The notes under the pieces: generated by a model
Told to the model about the DNA's origin: nothing
What the model saw: the letters and a program-made list of their open reading frames with translations, nothing else
Databases searched by the model: none
Source of the DNA: Trichoplax sp. H2
Lineage: Eukaryota
Assembly: GCA_003344405.1 (NCBI GenBank)
Contig: NOWV01000019.1
Location: 372,001 to 436,000, forward strand
Direction: 5' to 3'
Length of the DNA stretch: 64,000 nt
Position numbers and translations under genes: made by a program
Shown here: in pieces, positions 1 to 12,060 of the stretch
How positions within the stretch are numbered: the stretch's first letter is position 1
How the letters are laid out: each line of letters starts with the position of its first letter

Positions 1-1509
1 GACACAACTACTGTATGCTCATAAACAAGACAATCAACACTAACTTATGCACAGACACAGGCCAAATAAGATCCTTAGCAGTTTCGTAATATGCATGCAC
101 GATCTATGATAGATGTCATTGCAGATTATATCATCTGATCCATATTTTCCTTTTACCTCTCACTAGGCTTAGGAGTTTTAAGAAACCTCCTTAACATCAC
201 TGTTAATTGATATCGTTACCTAAGTGAACTGCGAAAATGATATAATTAATTGAAAAATAGAAGGAGTAAATGACCAATAGCGTTCGAAAATTATAAGCGA
301 TTAATCCAGTTTTGATAGTGCAATTATTGGTTGATGTAATTAACAAACAATTCTACGAGTAGTTAATACTGACTAGAAAATAAATCTATGCATTTTGCAA
401 TATCGTGCTCATCTTTAGTTGTAGTTTCAGTAAAGATGATGTAAAATTCTATACATATACAATAAATATCACCTCACAAACAACATTACATTTTAATCAA
501 ATGATTATATCGAAGCCGTTCATCATATTGAAACCTAACCTTACAAATTACTCATAAGTAATTATAATTTTAAAGTTTCAATAATATGTAAAATTAGTAT
601 AGTTAAATAGGCTTGATTATGAATACTAGGCCATTTATTAGGGGTTAAAACTAAAAAGTACCATCCGTCCGAGAATGAAAATCACAAGCAATTAAATCAA
701 TGTTGATATACTTGATTTATCAAGATGAGCTATTCAATGGTGGTCAGATTGTCCAGCCGGTATCCAAACTGACAAATTGCAAACAAATTGACAGTTAGTC
801 GTTTACCGACCATGGCAGATGTTAATATACTATTGTGTGAAGCAAGGAAGGTTCTAAATTGAGTACAGTACCAGCTACCGTAGTAGCTATATCATAGATT
901 AAAATACAGATCATTAATTAGCCTACTGTTAATAGTTAATTATTTAAGGTACGAACTGATTCCAGGATTGCCAAGGGTTTATTTGTCAGCAAATACTCGG
1001 TATTCCCTATTACATCGACTGATTGTATAACTCTGATTAATATTGAATTTAATGCTCAAACTACATCGTATCACATGCTAGTAAGATTTTTATTATAATT
1101 ATTGCAAAAGTCGTAATACAGTATAGAGTATACAACTCTTTGGCTTCATATTCATCTTTCTTTAAACAAACGATCGAGTATCAAGTACATAGGTAGACAC
1201 AATACTGGATGGAACAAGTGTATCTAAACTTAATTTTTTCAAGATAATGAGCATGAATATCCAATTAAGGCAGTATTTATTATAACTAACCAATAAGAAC
1301 TGATGGAAAATTTTCATTAGTCGATGTTATCTATTCTAGATGACTCAGAATTAATAGAAGCCTTCACTTTGCTCAATTTTTGGATCTAGTTTTTCTAAAT
1401 ACAGTATCTATTTATCATTTCTTCGGATAAACCGCTAAAATAGAGTATCTCTAATATCTAGTATAATAATCGAATAGATTAAAAACGGACAGGCTTAACC
1501 TCTACGAAA

Positions 1510-2523
1510 TTAATCCGATTTGAAATTAGAATTCGTCAACACAATACGGTAGCGAGCTAAATTTTGATCGATACGCTCAAATGCAGTGTGACAATGATCC
1601 ACATCCATAGGATAGATCTCTAATTGCGGCGAGATGTTATGCATGCCTGCAAAATTTAGCATCTTCTGCATCATTATTGGTGAACCAACAAGAGAACCAA
1701 CAATGCTTCTTTCCGATCCGATTAATAATCCACCGTTCACTTGAAGGGGCTTACTTGCAATACCAATAACAACGAATTTACCTCGTGGTGCTAATAAATT
1801 AATATAACTTTCGTAATCGAGGTTTGCACTAACGGTGTTGATGATCATGTCTAAAGGCTTTAATGACTTCAGCTGATCTGCGTCTTTCGTGACAACGAAC
1901 TCGTCAGCGCCGAATGCACGAGCTTCTTTTTCCTTGTTAGAACTAGTTGATAAAGCGACAACTCGACAACCCCAAGCTTTTGCAAATTTAATACCGAGAT
2001 GGCCAAGACCACCGACACCTAGAATGCCAACGCGGCTTCCAGGTTGAACATTATGATTAGCAAGAGGAGCATATACTGTAATTCCGGCACAAAGTAAAGG
2101 AGCTGCATCGGCAGATGACATTGTTTCGGGTATATCGTAAAGGAAACGAGAATCCCAAACGACGTAGTCAGCAAATCCACCAGTTGGAGCATTTATAAAA
2201 TTAGTCTTCTTGAGGCAAATATTTTGTTTACCATCATTGCAAACATCACAATTTTGGCAAGAACCTAATTGCCAACCTCCACCAACACGTTGGCCTACCT
2301 TGAGTTTTTCCACACTACTTCCGATTGCTACAATTTTACCAATAAATTCATGACCAGGAGCTTTTCCTGCAGGGCAGTAAAAGTCAGTATGGCAAACACT
2401 ACAGCATTCTATATTCATCAAGACATCAAGAGGCTGTAATTGTGGAACATCAATTTGACTCTTGCGAAAAGTTTGCTTTGATGCATCATCAATAACATAA
2501 GCCTCGATTTGTTTGGGAATCAT
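1510..2523 (-). CDS. Zn-dependent medium-chain alcohol dehydrogenase / aldehyde reductase (CAD-like, resembles bacterial Ahr/YjgB), intronless CDS, 337 aa
   Basis: Catalytic Zn motifs CHTD and PGHE; structural Zn cluster CQNCDVC...C; APLLCAGITVY; Rossmann GVGGLGH; ALSTSSNK typical of NADP(H)-preferring members; C-terminal ARYRIVL. Confidence 0.93.
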   Translation of the reverse strand: MIPKQIEAYVIDDASKQTFRKSQIDVPQLQPLDVLMNIECCSVCHTDFYCPAGKAPGHEFIGKIVAIGSSVEKLKVGQRVGGGWQLGSCQNCDVCNDGKQNICLKKTNFINAPTGGFADYVVWDSRFLYDIPETMSSADAAPLLCAGITVYAPLANHNVQPGSRVGILGVGGLGHLGIKFAKAWGCRVVALSTSSNKEKEARAFGADEFVVTKDADQLKSLKPLDMIINTVSANLDYESYINLLAPRGKFVVIGIASKPLQVNGGLLIGSERSIVGSLVGSPIMMQKMLNFAGMHNISPQLEIYPMDVDHCHTAFERIDQNLARYRIVLTNSNFKSD

Positions 2524-4248
2524 ACTGAACTTTAGAAATAATAGAATTAGTTACGTTCACTTATTTAATTAATTATATATTTTCTTTGCTATTCAGTGTT
2601 AAAAATTGATCTACGTTTCTCGTTTTTTGCTAAGCCACGATTAGTCTTTCCTACTTCGCACTTACTGTATATGTTATATGAGAGTTATATAGTATGAGTA
2701 TGTTTATCATCTGCATATGACATAGCCATAACCTTTGCACTCATGGAAATTGTGGATAAGTGATACAGTTATATAGTAAAAAGCATAAGTACTGTATACT
2801 TGACTACATGTACATAGTACATTATACACTAGTCAGGCAGGGACTTGCAAGAGAATAATTATGGACTGGGAGTCACCTCTGTCCGGTGTAACAAATATGG
2901 AGGCTATTATTATATGTCCTGTAGAGAATAATATTCTAAGAATTTGCTTGTAGACTACTGGGTAATACGTGCAATATTTGCATAACGCGAAGTATAACTA
3001 GTGTGGAATCTACTAGTATTGTATAGCAGGTAATTAATTAATTATTTATTACTAGTAATCCCGCGTTAGTTATACTTTGTGTACTATATATAGCTTATAG
3101 GAATGTTTACTTATACTTTATATCAGATATCAAAATAATTAAATTGAAGGACTGAGACGGACAGACCTATATACAGTAACCCATGTTATATTATACGTAC
3201 CGTACTAGGAGGCTATCTATACTTTTAAAAATGCAACGGAGTACTTGCGCTCCATTTTTCAAAAGGGATCTTATTTTATGTATTCTGCCAAACTTATTAA
3301 ATGATACGAACTTAGTAATAATACTATTTTGTTTATATCCTAGTAGAAAGATACAAAATTTTAGCTTACTTTTCTTCTATTTTTTCGATTNNNNNNNNNN
3401 NNNNNNNNNNATTCCTGCTATCTCAAATACCTTATCTATAACAACCATATCATTGTTAGCCTGTAACTTGTATCTCAATAAAATCCTTTATACCTTCTAT
3501 CATCGTCTACCTTAAAATACTTTACGCTACTTAAAGAAGATATTGTTACACTAGGAGGCTATCTATACTTTTAAAAATGTAACGGAGTACTTGCGCTCCA
3601 TTTTTCAAAAGGGATCTTATTTTATGTATTCTGCCAAACTTATTAAATGATACGAACTTAGTAATAATACTATTTGTTTATATCCTAGTAGAAAGATACA
3701 AAATTTTAGCTTACTTTTCTTCTATTTTTTCGATTCGTATAACTAAGAATGGAGGTCGTGATAAACTATATCCACTACACAAAATAGTAAAATATCACAA
3801 TAAACTAAGAATTTATAGTATTTTCATACGTTCGCCTTTCCCTGACTGCCGTTCTTTAAACCTTAAAGTAAAGATAAAATTGCACCGTACTGGAAAATAA
3901 AGATCAGGAAGAATATTTTCAGTTGTTCAAATTTTGCAATCTAGTCATGAAGCAAGATCCAAAGTAATCAATGTGGCTAATAGACAAACTCAAATAAGTT
4001 ATTAAGTTCTTTTCTATGTAAGATTAACGATGATTGCGCTACTTTGAGAGTGCTGATAATATCAAGCAGAAATCAAATTTCTTTGCCTCATGAAATTTAA
4101 AAATTGTTTATTTATCATTTCTACTTTTAGATAACTTACATGTTATTACAAAACTGAATTATCTATTGATACTAGTTAAATTATAGCAATAAAATAAAAT
4201 TACCGCAAGACTGATTATATGCGGACCCTGCTAAGTATAATAGATATA

Positions 4249-5102
4249 CTATTGTCCGAAGAATAAGAAATTGACTATAGATATGATGATCTTATTTCCA
4301 GACATGTTACGAGACAGTAAGTGTATTATTAACAAGTTATCCAACAGTTGAACTTGACTATCGTTCTGATCAAGTATAAAAGTTAAAGATAAATAGTCAC
4401 TCGCGCTAACATCTGAACCACAATTACGTCTTGCTTGTTGGAAAAGAACAGCCAAACACTGGACGCATCGAATAGATTCAATAACTTTGTTGCTCAAAAT
4501 CTGTCTTATTTCATTTTCACCTTCATCGTAACATTGATATGACTTGAAATTAACAATTTTATAACCTGGCTTAACGAATGGCATAAAATCGGCACTCTTG
4601 CCTAAGCATTGCCCTGTAAGAGCTTTGATGATGGAGGATTTACCAGAATATTCTGGTCCAGTAAATATGATTTGTACAAAATCGTTCTTGTACGCGGCTA
4701 ACGTTACCGCTTCATTATAAGCAGCAAAATATGGTTTATCCAATAAATCTAGATGAGAGTTAAAAATATGACAGTTAGAGGTATTATTAGCCCGTGCAAA
4801 ATTGGTAGAGTGCTTTCTAGATTTAAGTTTTCCAGATGATATTGAATCAGGAATGAGGTAATGTTCTTAATATCATCCTTGAATTATTCTATTTTAAAGA
4901 CGATGTCGAATAGAAAAGGAGTTAAACAAGCAAGTCATCAAACAGTACGCTACTGTACTCTGCTACATCATAGGTTATGCTAAAGAAATATTAGCAGATA
5001 TCTATCATGAGTTCTGCAGTGGACATGGTCCTATAAATCAGTTTAATTTATCCATTTTCGCTTACCAATATCATCGTCAGAATTTGTTGTCATACCCTCC
5101 AT
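4249..5102 (-). pseudogene. Degenerate multi-exon gene with a P-loop GTPase (Roc-like) segment
   Basis: ORF 4743-4249 has a hydrophobic strand plus Walker A (VQIIFTGPEYSGKSSIIKALTG). An upstream candidate exon MEGMTTNSDDDI ends in a GTAAG donor (~5066). The candidate middle exon (~4888-4790) has an in-frame TAA. The model is uncertain. Confidence 0.4.
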
Positions 5103-5534
5103 CTCTTAGAATTTCACTACACTTTGCAAACAGCGATGATAATTCTGAAATCATTGCAAATCTCAGTAGCATCCAAATCAAGTCGACGGCAAGATCAGGT
5201 GATATCGTGCTCGAATGGCGAAGGAATTTCACGTCCATTTGCAACCTCGAACATCGTTACCATGATGCAGCGATGAACTAGGTCAGATTGTCGGAGTCTA
5301 AAGCGAAGCTGGTATTGATTTCCGAGTTTTCAATAATTGCAGTTATTATTAGATAAAAATCGACATGTTATCAAGTTGAAGTCGCTGCCCTTCCATGTCA
5401 TCGAGGAGTGGCGTTCTGCAGCAGTCAGAAGTATGATTGCCATAGTAAAGAGCAAGGGCGCCGCTGGCGATGCATTTCACCGGTGTAATAATCTTAGTAC
5501 TGCTTGATCGCGATAGGGCACTCATCAGATTTCG

Positions 5535-6080
5535 CTAACCATGTCTTAGTACAGAAGCAGTAGTCTGCTTAGGCTTACGACGATGTCGTCTACCGGCCAG
5601 CCCACCTTGCAATAATCTTCTCCTGATAGTCCTAGCACTTAGTTGCTTTCCCCATTCGTCCTCCACTTTCCTCTTGAGCTGACCACTTGTCAAGCACCGG
5701 TCGTTCTCCGCCATTTTGATCAAGGCGCGGTCTTCCTTGGACGTAGTCAGCTTTTTGCAGCCGTTTCTTGGTCTATCATACAGGCTGCCAGTTTCATCGA
5801 ATCTGCGTAGTGTCCTACAAACGGTGCTTTTATTACAGCCGACCCGCACACCAATCTCTTCCATGGTGAGTCCTTCGTTGCGCAGTATAACCATTTCATA
5901 GCGTAACATATCCTTGGTGATTTCACCTCGGCCACCATTATTGTTGCTAGTCTTTCTAAATTGACTGTCTTCTTTACCATTATGGAATCGACTACTTCTA
6001 TATCGACCACGACTACTACTACTAGTCGGCTTACTCCTATGACTAAGGCGACTGCTCTGACGATTATGATTACTCGCCAT
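5535..6080 (-). mobile_element. Tc1/mariner transposase-derived ORF (181 aa): paired-like double HTH DNA-binding domain only, with S/R-rich N-terminal extension and no intact DDE domain
   Basis: GLTMEEIGVRVGCNKSTVCRTLRRFDETGSLYDRPRNG (HTH1 and GRP-like linker); EDRALIKMAENDR...LSARTIRRRLLQGGLAGRRHRRKP (Tc3/Tc1 HTH2). The ORF stops shortly afterwards. Confidence 0.85.
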
Positions 6081-6162
6081 TTTAGCGATGCTACAGTAAT
6101 AGTAAAGAAGAATGAACCTGCAATAGGAAAGGTAGATAGTCTGATACTATACAGCCTGAAAT

Positions 6163-6660
6163 ATCAACATTCAGCAGATCGATCAGTACAGCAATAGTAA
6201 AGGTCTTGAAGTACAATATTATGCTTTGGCAGTCTTTCAGGCTTGACTTGGTTCAGTTATAAATATCAAAAAGGCAAAAGAAAAAGCTTGAGAAAAACTT
6301 GCAGAAGGAAATCAAACCATGTTTCAGCTCTCTGAGTTCTACAGTATCAACATTCAGTAGATCGATCAGTACAGCAATAGTAAAGGTCTTGAAGTACAAT
6401 ATTATGCTTTGGCAGTCTTTCAGGCTTGACTTGGTTCAGTTATAATGATCAAAAAGGCTTGAGAAAAACTTGCTGAAGCAAATCAAACCATGTTTCAGCT
6501 CTCTGAGTTCTATAGTATCAAAATTCAGTAGATCGATCAGTACAGCAATAGCAAAGGTCTTGAAGTACAATACTATACTTTGGCAGTCTTTCAGGCTTGA
6601 CTTGGTTCAGTTATAATGATCAAAAAGGCTTGAGAAAAACTTGCTGAAGCAAATCCAGCC
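6163..6660. repeat. About three tandem copies of a ~170-180 bp unit
   Basis: Unit tatcaacattcagtagatcgatcagtacagcaatagtaaaggtcttgaagtacaat...cttggttcagttata...gagaaaaacttgc begins near 6163, 6345 and 6516. There is a single copy near 7093. Confidence 0.85.
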
Positions 6661-6783
6661 ATCTTGCAGCCCTCGAAGTTCTACAGTACAGTCTGAGGTG
6701 CTGTACAATGTAAACACTGTATAGATGTACTGTACTGCAGAGGCACCCAAGCAGAAAGAGGAGNNNNNNNNNNNNNNNNNNNN

Positions 6784-7010
6784 CCGACCCGCACACCAAT
6801 CTCTTCCATGGTGAGTCCTTCGTTGCGCAGTATAACCATTTCATAGCGTAACATATCCTTGGTGATTTCACCTCGGCCACCATTATTGTTGCTAGTCTTT
6901 CTAAATTGACTGTCTTCTTTACCATTATGGAATCGACCACGACTACGACTACTAGTCGGCTTACTCCTATGACTAAGGCGACTACTCTGACGATTATGAT
7001 TACTCGCCAT
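6784..7010 (-). mobile_element. Second, gap-truncated copy (probably the other haplotype) of the Tc1-derived HTH ORF
   Basis: Nearly identical to 5839-6080 apart from a 15-nt in-frame indel (SSSSRGRYRSSRF vs SSRSRGRF). It begins directly after the N gap at 6764-6783. Confidence 0.8.
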
Positions 7011-7918
7011 TTTAGCGATGCTACAGTAATAGTAAAGAAGGATGAACCTGCGATAGGAAAGGTAGATAGTCTGATACTATACAGCCTGAAATATCAACAT
7101 TCAGTAGATAAATCAGTACAGCAATAGCAAAGGTCTTGAAGTATAATATTATGCTTTGGCAGTCTTTCAGGCTTGACTTGGTTCAGTTATAATGATCAAA
7201 AAGGCTTGAGAAAAACTTGCTGATGCAAATCCAGCCATCTTGCAGCCCTCGAAGTTCTACAGTACAGTCTGAGGTGCTGTACAATGTAAACACTGTATAG
7301 ATGTACTGTACTGCAGAGGCACCCAAGCAGAAAGAGGAGATGTGCAAATAAGATGGCATAACTGACGAGTGCATTGTACCGTGATATCAAGACTTTACAC
7401 GCTATGTGTTTTACACATTTTGTGAAAGGTTGACTATAGACTAGCATGACCGAAAACACGAGTGCTGTTGCGGTCTGATGTTAGACGAGGTTGGTGGGGA
7501 TGATCATCAGCTCAAAGCATCGCCATATTTTTCTGACCTATGATCGTGGAATAATTCGTTGAGCGTGTAAGAATGAACTCTATAATACAGATCGTATAGT
7601 GCGATAGACTCAAGTTCTTGAAATCAGCCTGTTGAAGAACATGGGGCATGCACAAATGGCTTCCATGGCAGCGATCAACATGGCTAAAGTGGGTAGAGGT
7701 TTGTCCTACGGTCGCCATAGAGTCATGCTCATCTTGGACCAGGGATGGTCTCATCCAGTGCGCCTGCGTCAATGTCCTTACCGAACTTCAGCAAGTTGCT
7801 TCTCCAAGAAGAAGGCGGTAGTAAAATCTTTCCTATTTCCCATCATCACTCGTTGATAGTTGCCAATTGACCTTGAATTTACTTGATTATTTGACTATAA
7901 CATCATCAACTTGTCGCC

Positions 7919-10900
7919 ATGCCACCTAAGAAAAAGGAAGCTGAAAAACCATCGCCTTTACTAGGAAGATTTGGTACTTCACTCAAGTGTGGTATCGTTG
8001 GGTTGCCTAATGTTGGGTGAGTAGAGCCATGACGACGACAAGGATAGATTTTTAAGACCAATTTTGCAGGATAGATGATGAAGATCAATCTTGCCGGTCA
8101 AGACGACTGCAGAAGAAGTGAGATCGTCTTCTATTATCAATACAACCTATTCTTATGAGCCAACCAAATCGACTAGACTTTACCTAACGTACTGTAGATT
8201 ACTTGCTAAATCATAACTCATGGCGTCGTCAAAGTGACACAAGAATATGGCATCGACACCTTCACTAACTCTCGTCGCAGTCAACAGTGTTGCATAGTGC
8301 ATGCATGTATGTATAGTCTAATCAATTCCAATACATATTGTTGCAAGGACTGTAACTAAAACTGCCTTGATCATCGTATCCAATAGATTATGTAGGTATG
8401 CTAGATTGGGCAATATCATAACATCATAGCATTTGAATACGTAATAACTGCCTCCGAAGCATGATGCTCTTTATTCCACATTCATTTTCATGGACACCAT
8501 GATGTGATCTAGGCATTGTCATCACTTAACTCATCAATCTTGCAAGCGATCATATCATAGCCAGTGTTTCCTTCTACTGTATTGTAGTTGCAACAAGTTA
8601 CTAGAATCCATTTTGAAATAGTTGATATCGTCGTTATATCTTGGTTGGCCAACGTATAAGATAGTATATATTGGCTAAAAGGGAAGTAAAGGATTAGCAC
8701 ACATCTCCTCACTAGACGGTATATCCAGTGTTTGATAAATGAATCAATCGTCATTGAGTTACGAAATGATTGTATCTTTTTAGGAAATCCACCTTCTTCA
8801 ATGTATTAACAAAAAGCTCTGCAGCTGCTGAAAACTTTCCCTTCTGTACCATCGGTAATGAACGATTGGATAAATGACTGTTACCGTAATAGAATCTGAT
8901 TTAAAATAGCCATTCCTCGCTAGTCTTGTAAAATGAAATGCTATCATTACTAAACTATTGTTACCTACTTAACTTTTATAGATCCTAATGAAAATAAGTA
9001 TCCAATGAAAATTGCAAATTGCAATTGACAGTTGTTTTACAAACATCAATTGATCAACTTAACTTCCTATGTATTAAGCTCTGTACTAACATACATGCAT
9101 CAATTTTTTCCTACCTTATACGTCGAGTACCTGTACCTGATGAACGATATGATTTTCTTGTGGATTCTTTCAAACCAGCAAGGTACCAATATTGATCTTT
9201 AGCAAGAAATGTGATAGTAATTTGCTTTTACTCGATACAATGTCATCAGTTGATGTAGTACATTATTCCACTATCATGTAGTAAGGTACCAGCGTATTTA
9301 CATGTTACTGACATTGCTGGCTTAGTAGAAGGTGCTCATGAAGGCAAGGTAAGTTCTCAATATATTGGCTGCTCTAAATATCGAACGGATTAGATCTATT
9401 CTTGTATTCTCAACTTCATGGCCATCTCATCTCTACTTTAACTACCTCAAAGGGTCTCGGGAACGCTTTTTTATCACATATTAAAGCCTGTGATGCGATA
9501 TTTCATGTCGTTCGTAAGTAACTAACATTAAACTGATATACTTCATGTTAGCGTACAAAATTTCAGTGTCACACACACACAAAGTAACTCGACGAACACG
9601 CCAATGAAATCATACTATCTAGTTTCGTTTATACAATGTCTTTGGCAGATTTCCATTGATATAAAAGCAAAATGACTTTCTGCATCATACGTTTCAGGTG
9701 CATTTGATGATGACGATGTAACACATGTAGAAGGTGTAGTTAACCCTGTGCGCGACCTTGAGGTTATCCATGAAGAATTGCGATTAAAGGTAATGGGCGA
9801 TGCTGTACGATCTTCTTAACATAAAACAGTTTGATGCTCATCAGATAATTTCATAATCTTTGTCCTATACTATTAAAGGACCAAGAATACCTTTACAGCA
9901 AAACGGTAAGCTTATTAAAGTATTATACAAGATACATTGAGCGTTCATTTTAATAACTCCATTAATCTCAATTTACCCTACTGATTAAAACTAATTATTG
10001 AACCTATAGAGTGCATTGGAAAAAACTGTTGTAAGGGGAAATGATAAGAAAGGAAGACCAGAATATGTAAGATTTGGGATAATTGTATTTTCATAATACT
10101 CTTGATAAAAAATGCCACCTTTATTGACAATATTTTTTTAGTGTTGCTTCTAACTATCTATTTTTGACTGCCTCAATAGGATGCTTTAATGAAAATACAA
10201 GATGTTGTAGTAGATCAAAAGAAAGAGGTTCGATTCTGTGAATGGGGCACAAATGAGGTAGGCTTCCATTCTAAGGGCATCTATGATATATCACTTGATA
10301 GCAGGCCTCGAAATAATATTGTTTATTGTGCTTGCAATTATATCATTACTGCCTTTTAGGCAGTGTAGTAGCATAAGAATGGTAGAAACAAGTAGTTAAA
10401 TTTTGCTGTCTTACATAAATACTTTTCAATAAATAAATCAAAACATAAATTATTGATCTACTTTTTACTTGTACACGTATATTCACAGATTGAAGTCCTT
10501 AATAGACACTTGTTGCTAACTGCAAAGCCAGTTATTTATTTGGTCAATCTCTCTGAAAGAGATTACTTGAGGAAAAAAAATAAATGGTATGGCTTATTAA
10601 TACTTCCATAGTAGCATATCAAATCGTATTATACAGTATTATACGTGGTATACCAGCTTCTTTTAGTCCTATTTTTATAACATATTGCTTAGGCTCTGTA
10701 CATTGTTAGCATAAGTTATTTAAATCCTCGCGCGTTAACAATAGGTTGTTGAAAATTAAAGAATGGATCGTTTCGCGGGAGCCCAATCCGACTATAATTC
10801 CGTTTAGCGGTGCCTTTGAAAGCAAGGTACATATTTAAAAATTATATACATATTTTACTTGCTGATACGTCAATATTACAATTATCAAATCACTGCGGAA

Positions 10901-12060
10901 GTTTTTTTATTTTCATTGCTAAATACTTCCAGGACATAATTACATAACATTTATGCTCTTCCTATTAAAAATATTTTTTAAAATTAAGCCATGCTAATAA
11001 CAATGTACGCTGCTTAAAATTAAATGACAATAGCTGGTAGATATGGGAGCTACTGAAGCGGAAGAATTTTTGAAAGCAAGTAATGCCCAAAGGTAACTGT
11101 CCTTGAGGCACACTTTTGCTTTTGGCATGATTATAACATAATGGACGCATAATAAAGTAAATTTATAAAGTCCCATGAAAATTGTCTTCTAGTGCATTAT
11201 CCAAGATTGTTACGACTGGATTCCGTGCGCTAAATCTTGAATATTTTTTTACTGCTGGCAAAGATGAAGTTAGAGCGTGGACTATCATGGTTAGTGTCAA
11301 TAAATTCATGATACAGTGACTACTGCCGCACCGTGTCTGTTGAAAGAGGCAGGCAATTAGATTATTGCGAGTTGTTATGCTGTACTATCATATAAAAGCT
11401 AACCTCAGAGTACTTGCATATGTTACTATTTCGGTCGTAAACTAATTTTAGTGCTTTTTTGATACTAGAAATTGTTCTTTTAACTTGTTTTAAACTGATT
11501 TATGATGCAGTATAACTATTTTATTGTAATTTAGAAAGGTACAAAAGCACCACAAGCAGCTGGTAAGATCCATACCGATTTCGAGAAGGGATTCATAATG
11601 GCAGAGGTAAGCCAAAATTTTGTAAACTTTATTAGAAACTTTCCTTCCTTTATGGCGACTTGATTGGTATGCTAATGTAACCTTCAACTTGGTATTAGGT
11701 AATGAAGTTCGACGACTACAAAGAACTGGAATCCGAAGCTAATGTTAAGGTATAGTGTTCAATCTGTTAAGCTGGTTGTCAGTTCGTGCATCATTAAATA
11801 TTATATTCTCAAATAAGAGGGATCGTATTGATTAATAATCAGCTCCTTTGCCAGCTTTTGAAATATAACCTCCATTTAATTATTATAAAAAGTTTTGCAA
11901 TTTTTTAGAACCATAGAGTATCATATAATGCAAGTTCCTAAATATTTTTTAGGCGGCTGGAAAGTATAGACAGCAAGGCAGAAACTATACAGTGGAAGAT
12001 GGGGATATCATCTTCTTTAAATTCAATGCAGGCGCCGGTTTAACGTCGAAAAAGAAATGA
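7919..12060 (+). CDS. OLA1: Obg-like ATPase 1 (OLA1/YchF), 17 exons: 7919-8016, 8784-8854, 8982-8993, 9122-9182, 9282-9348, 9453-9513, 9698-9789, 9879-9905, 10010-10066, 10180-10257, 10489-10586, 10745-10826, 11034-11092, 11193-11289, 11535-11606, 11699-11749, 11953-12060
   Basis: Spliced translation [42 protein letters not shown]...[22 protein letters not shown]...[23 protein letters not shown]...[25 protein letters not shown]...[25 protein letters not shown]. Splice phases are consistent throughout. Confidence 0.97.

Noticed and set aside
6784-7340. True tandem duplication of the Tc1-derived gene
   Set aside because: All three 20-N gaps in the window are flanked by overlapping near-identical sequence, typical of unmerged haplotype contigs.
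8070-8140. Intronic C/D snoRNA in OLA1 intron 1
   Set aside because: A C-box-like ATGATGA is present, but no suitably placed CTGA D box was found.
8994-9121. U12-type (minor spliceosome) reading of the OLA1 intron, or GT-AG splicing from GTATCC at 8998
   Set aside because: The 5' end is ATAAGT, not ATATCCTT, and no clear TCCTTAAC branch box is present. Using GT at 8998 with the nearby AG at 9127 breaks the frame.
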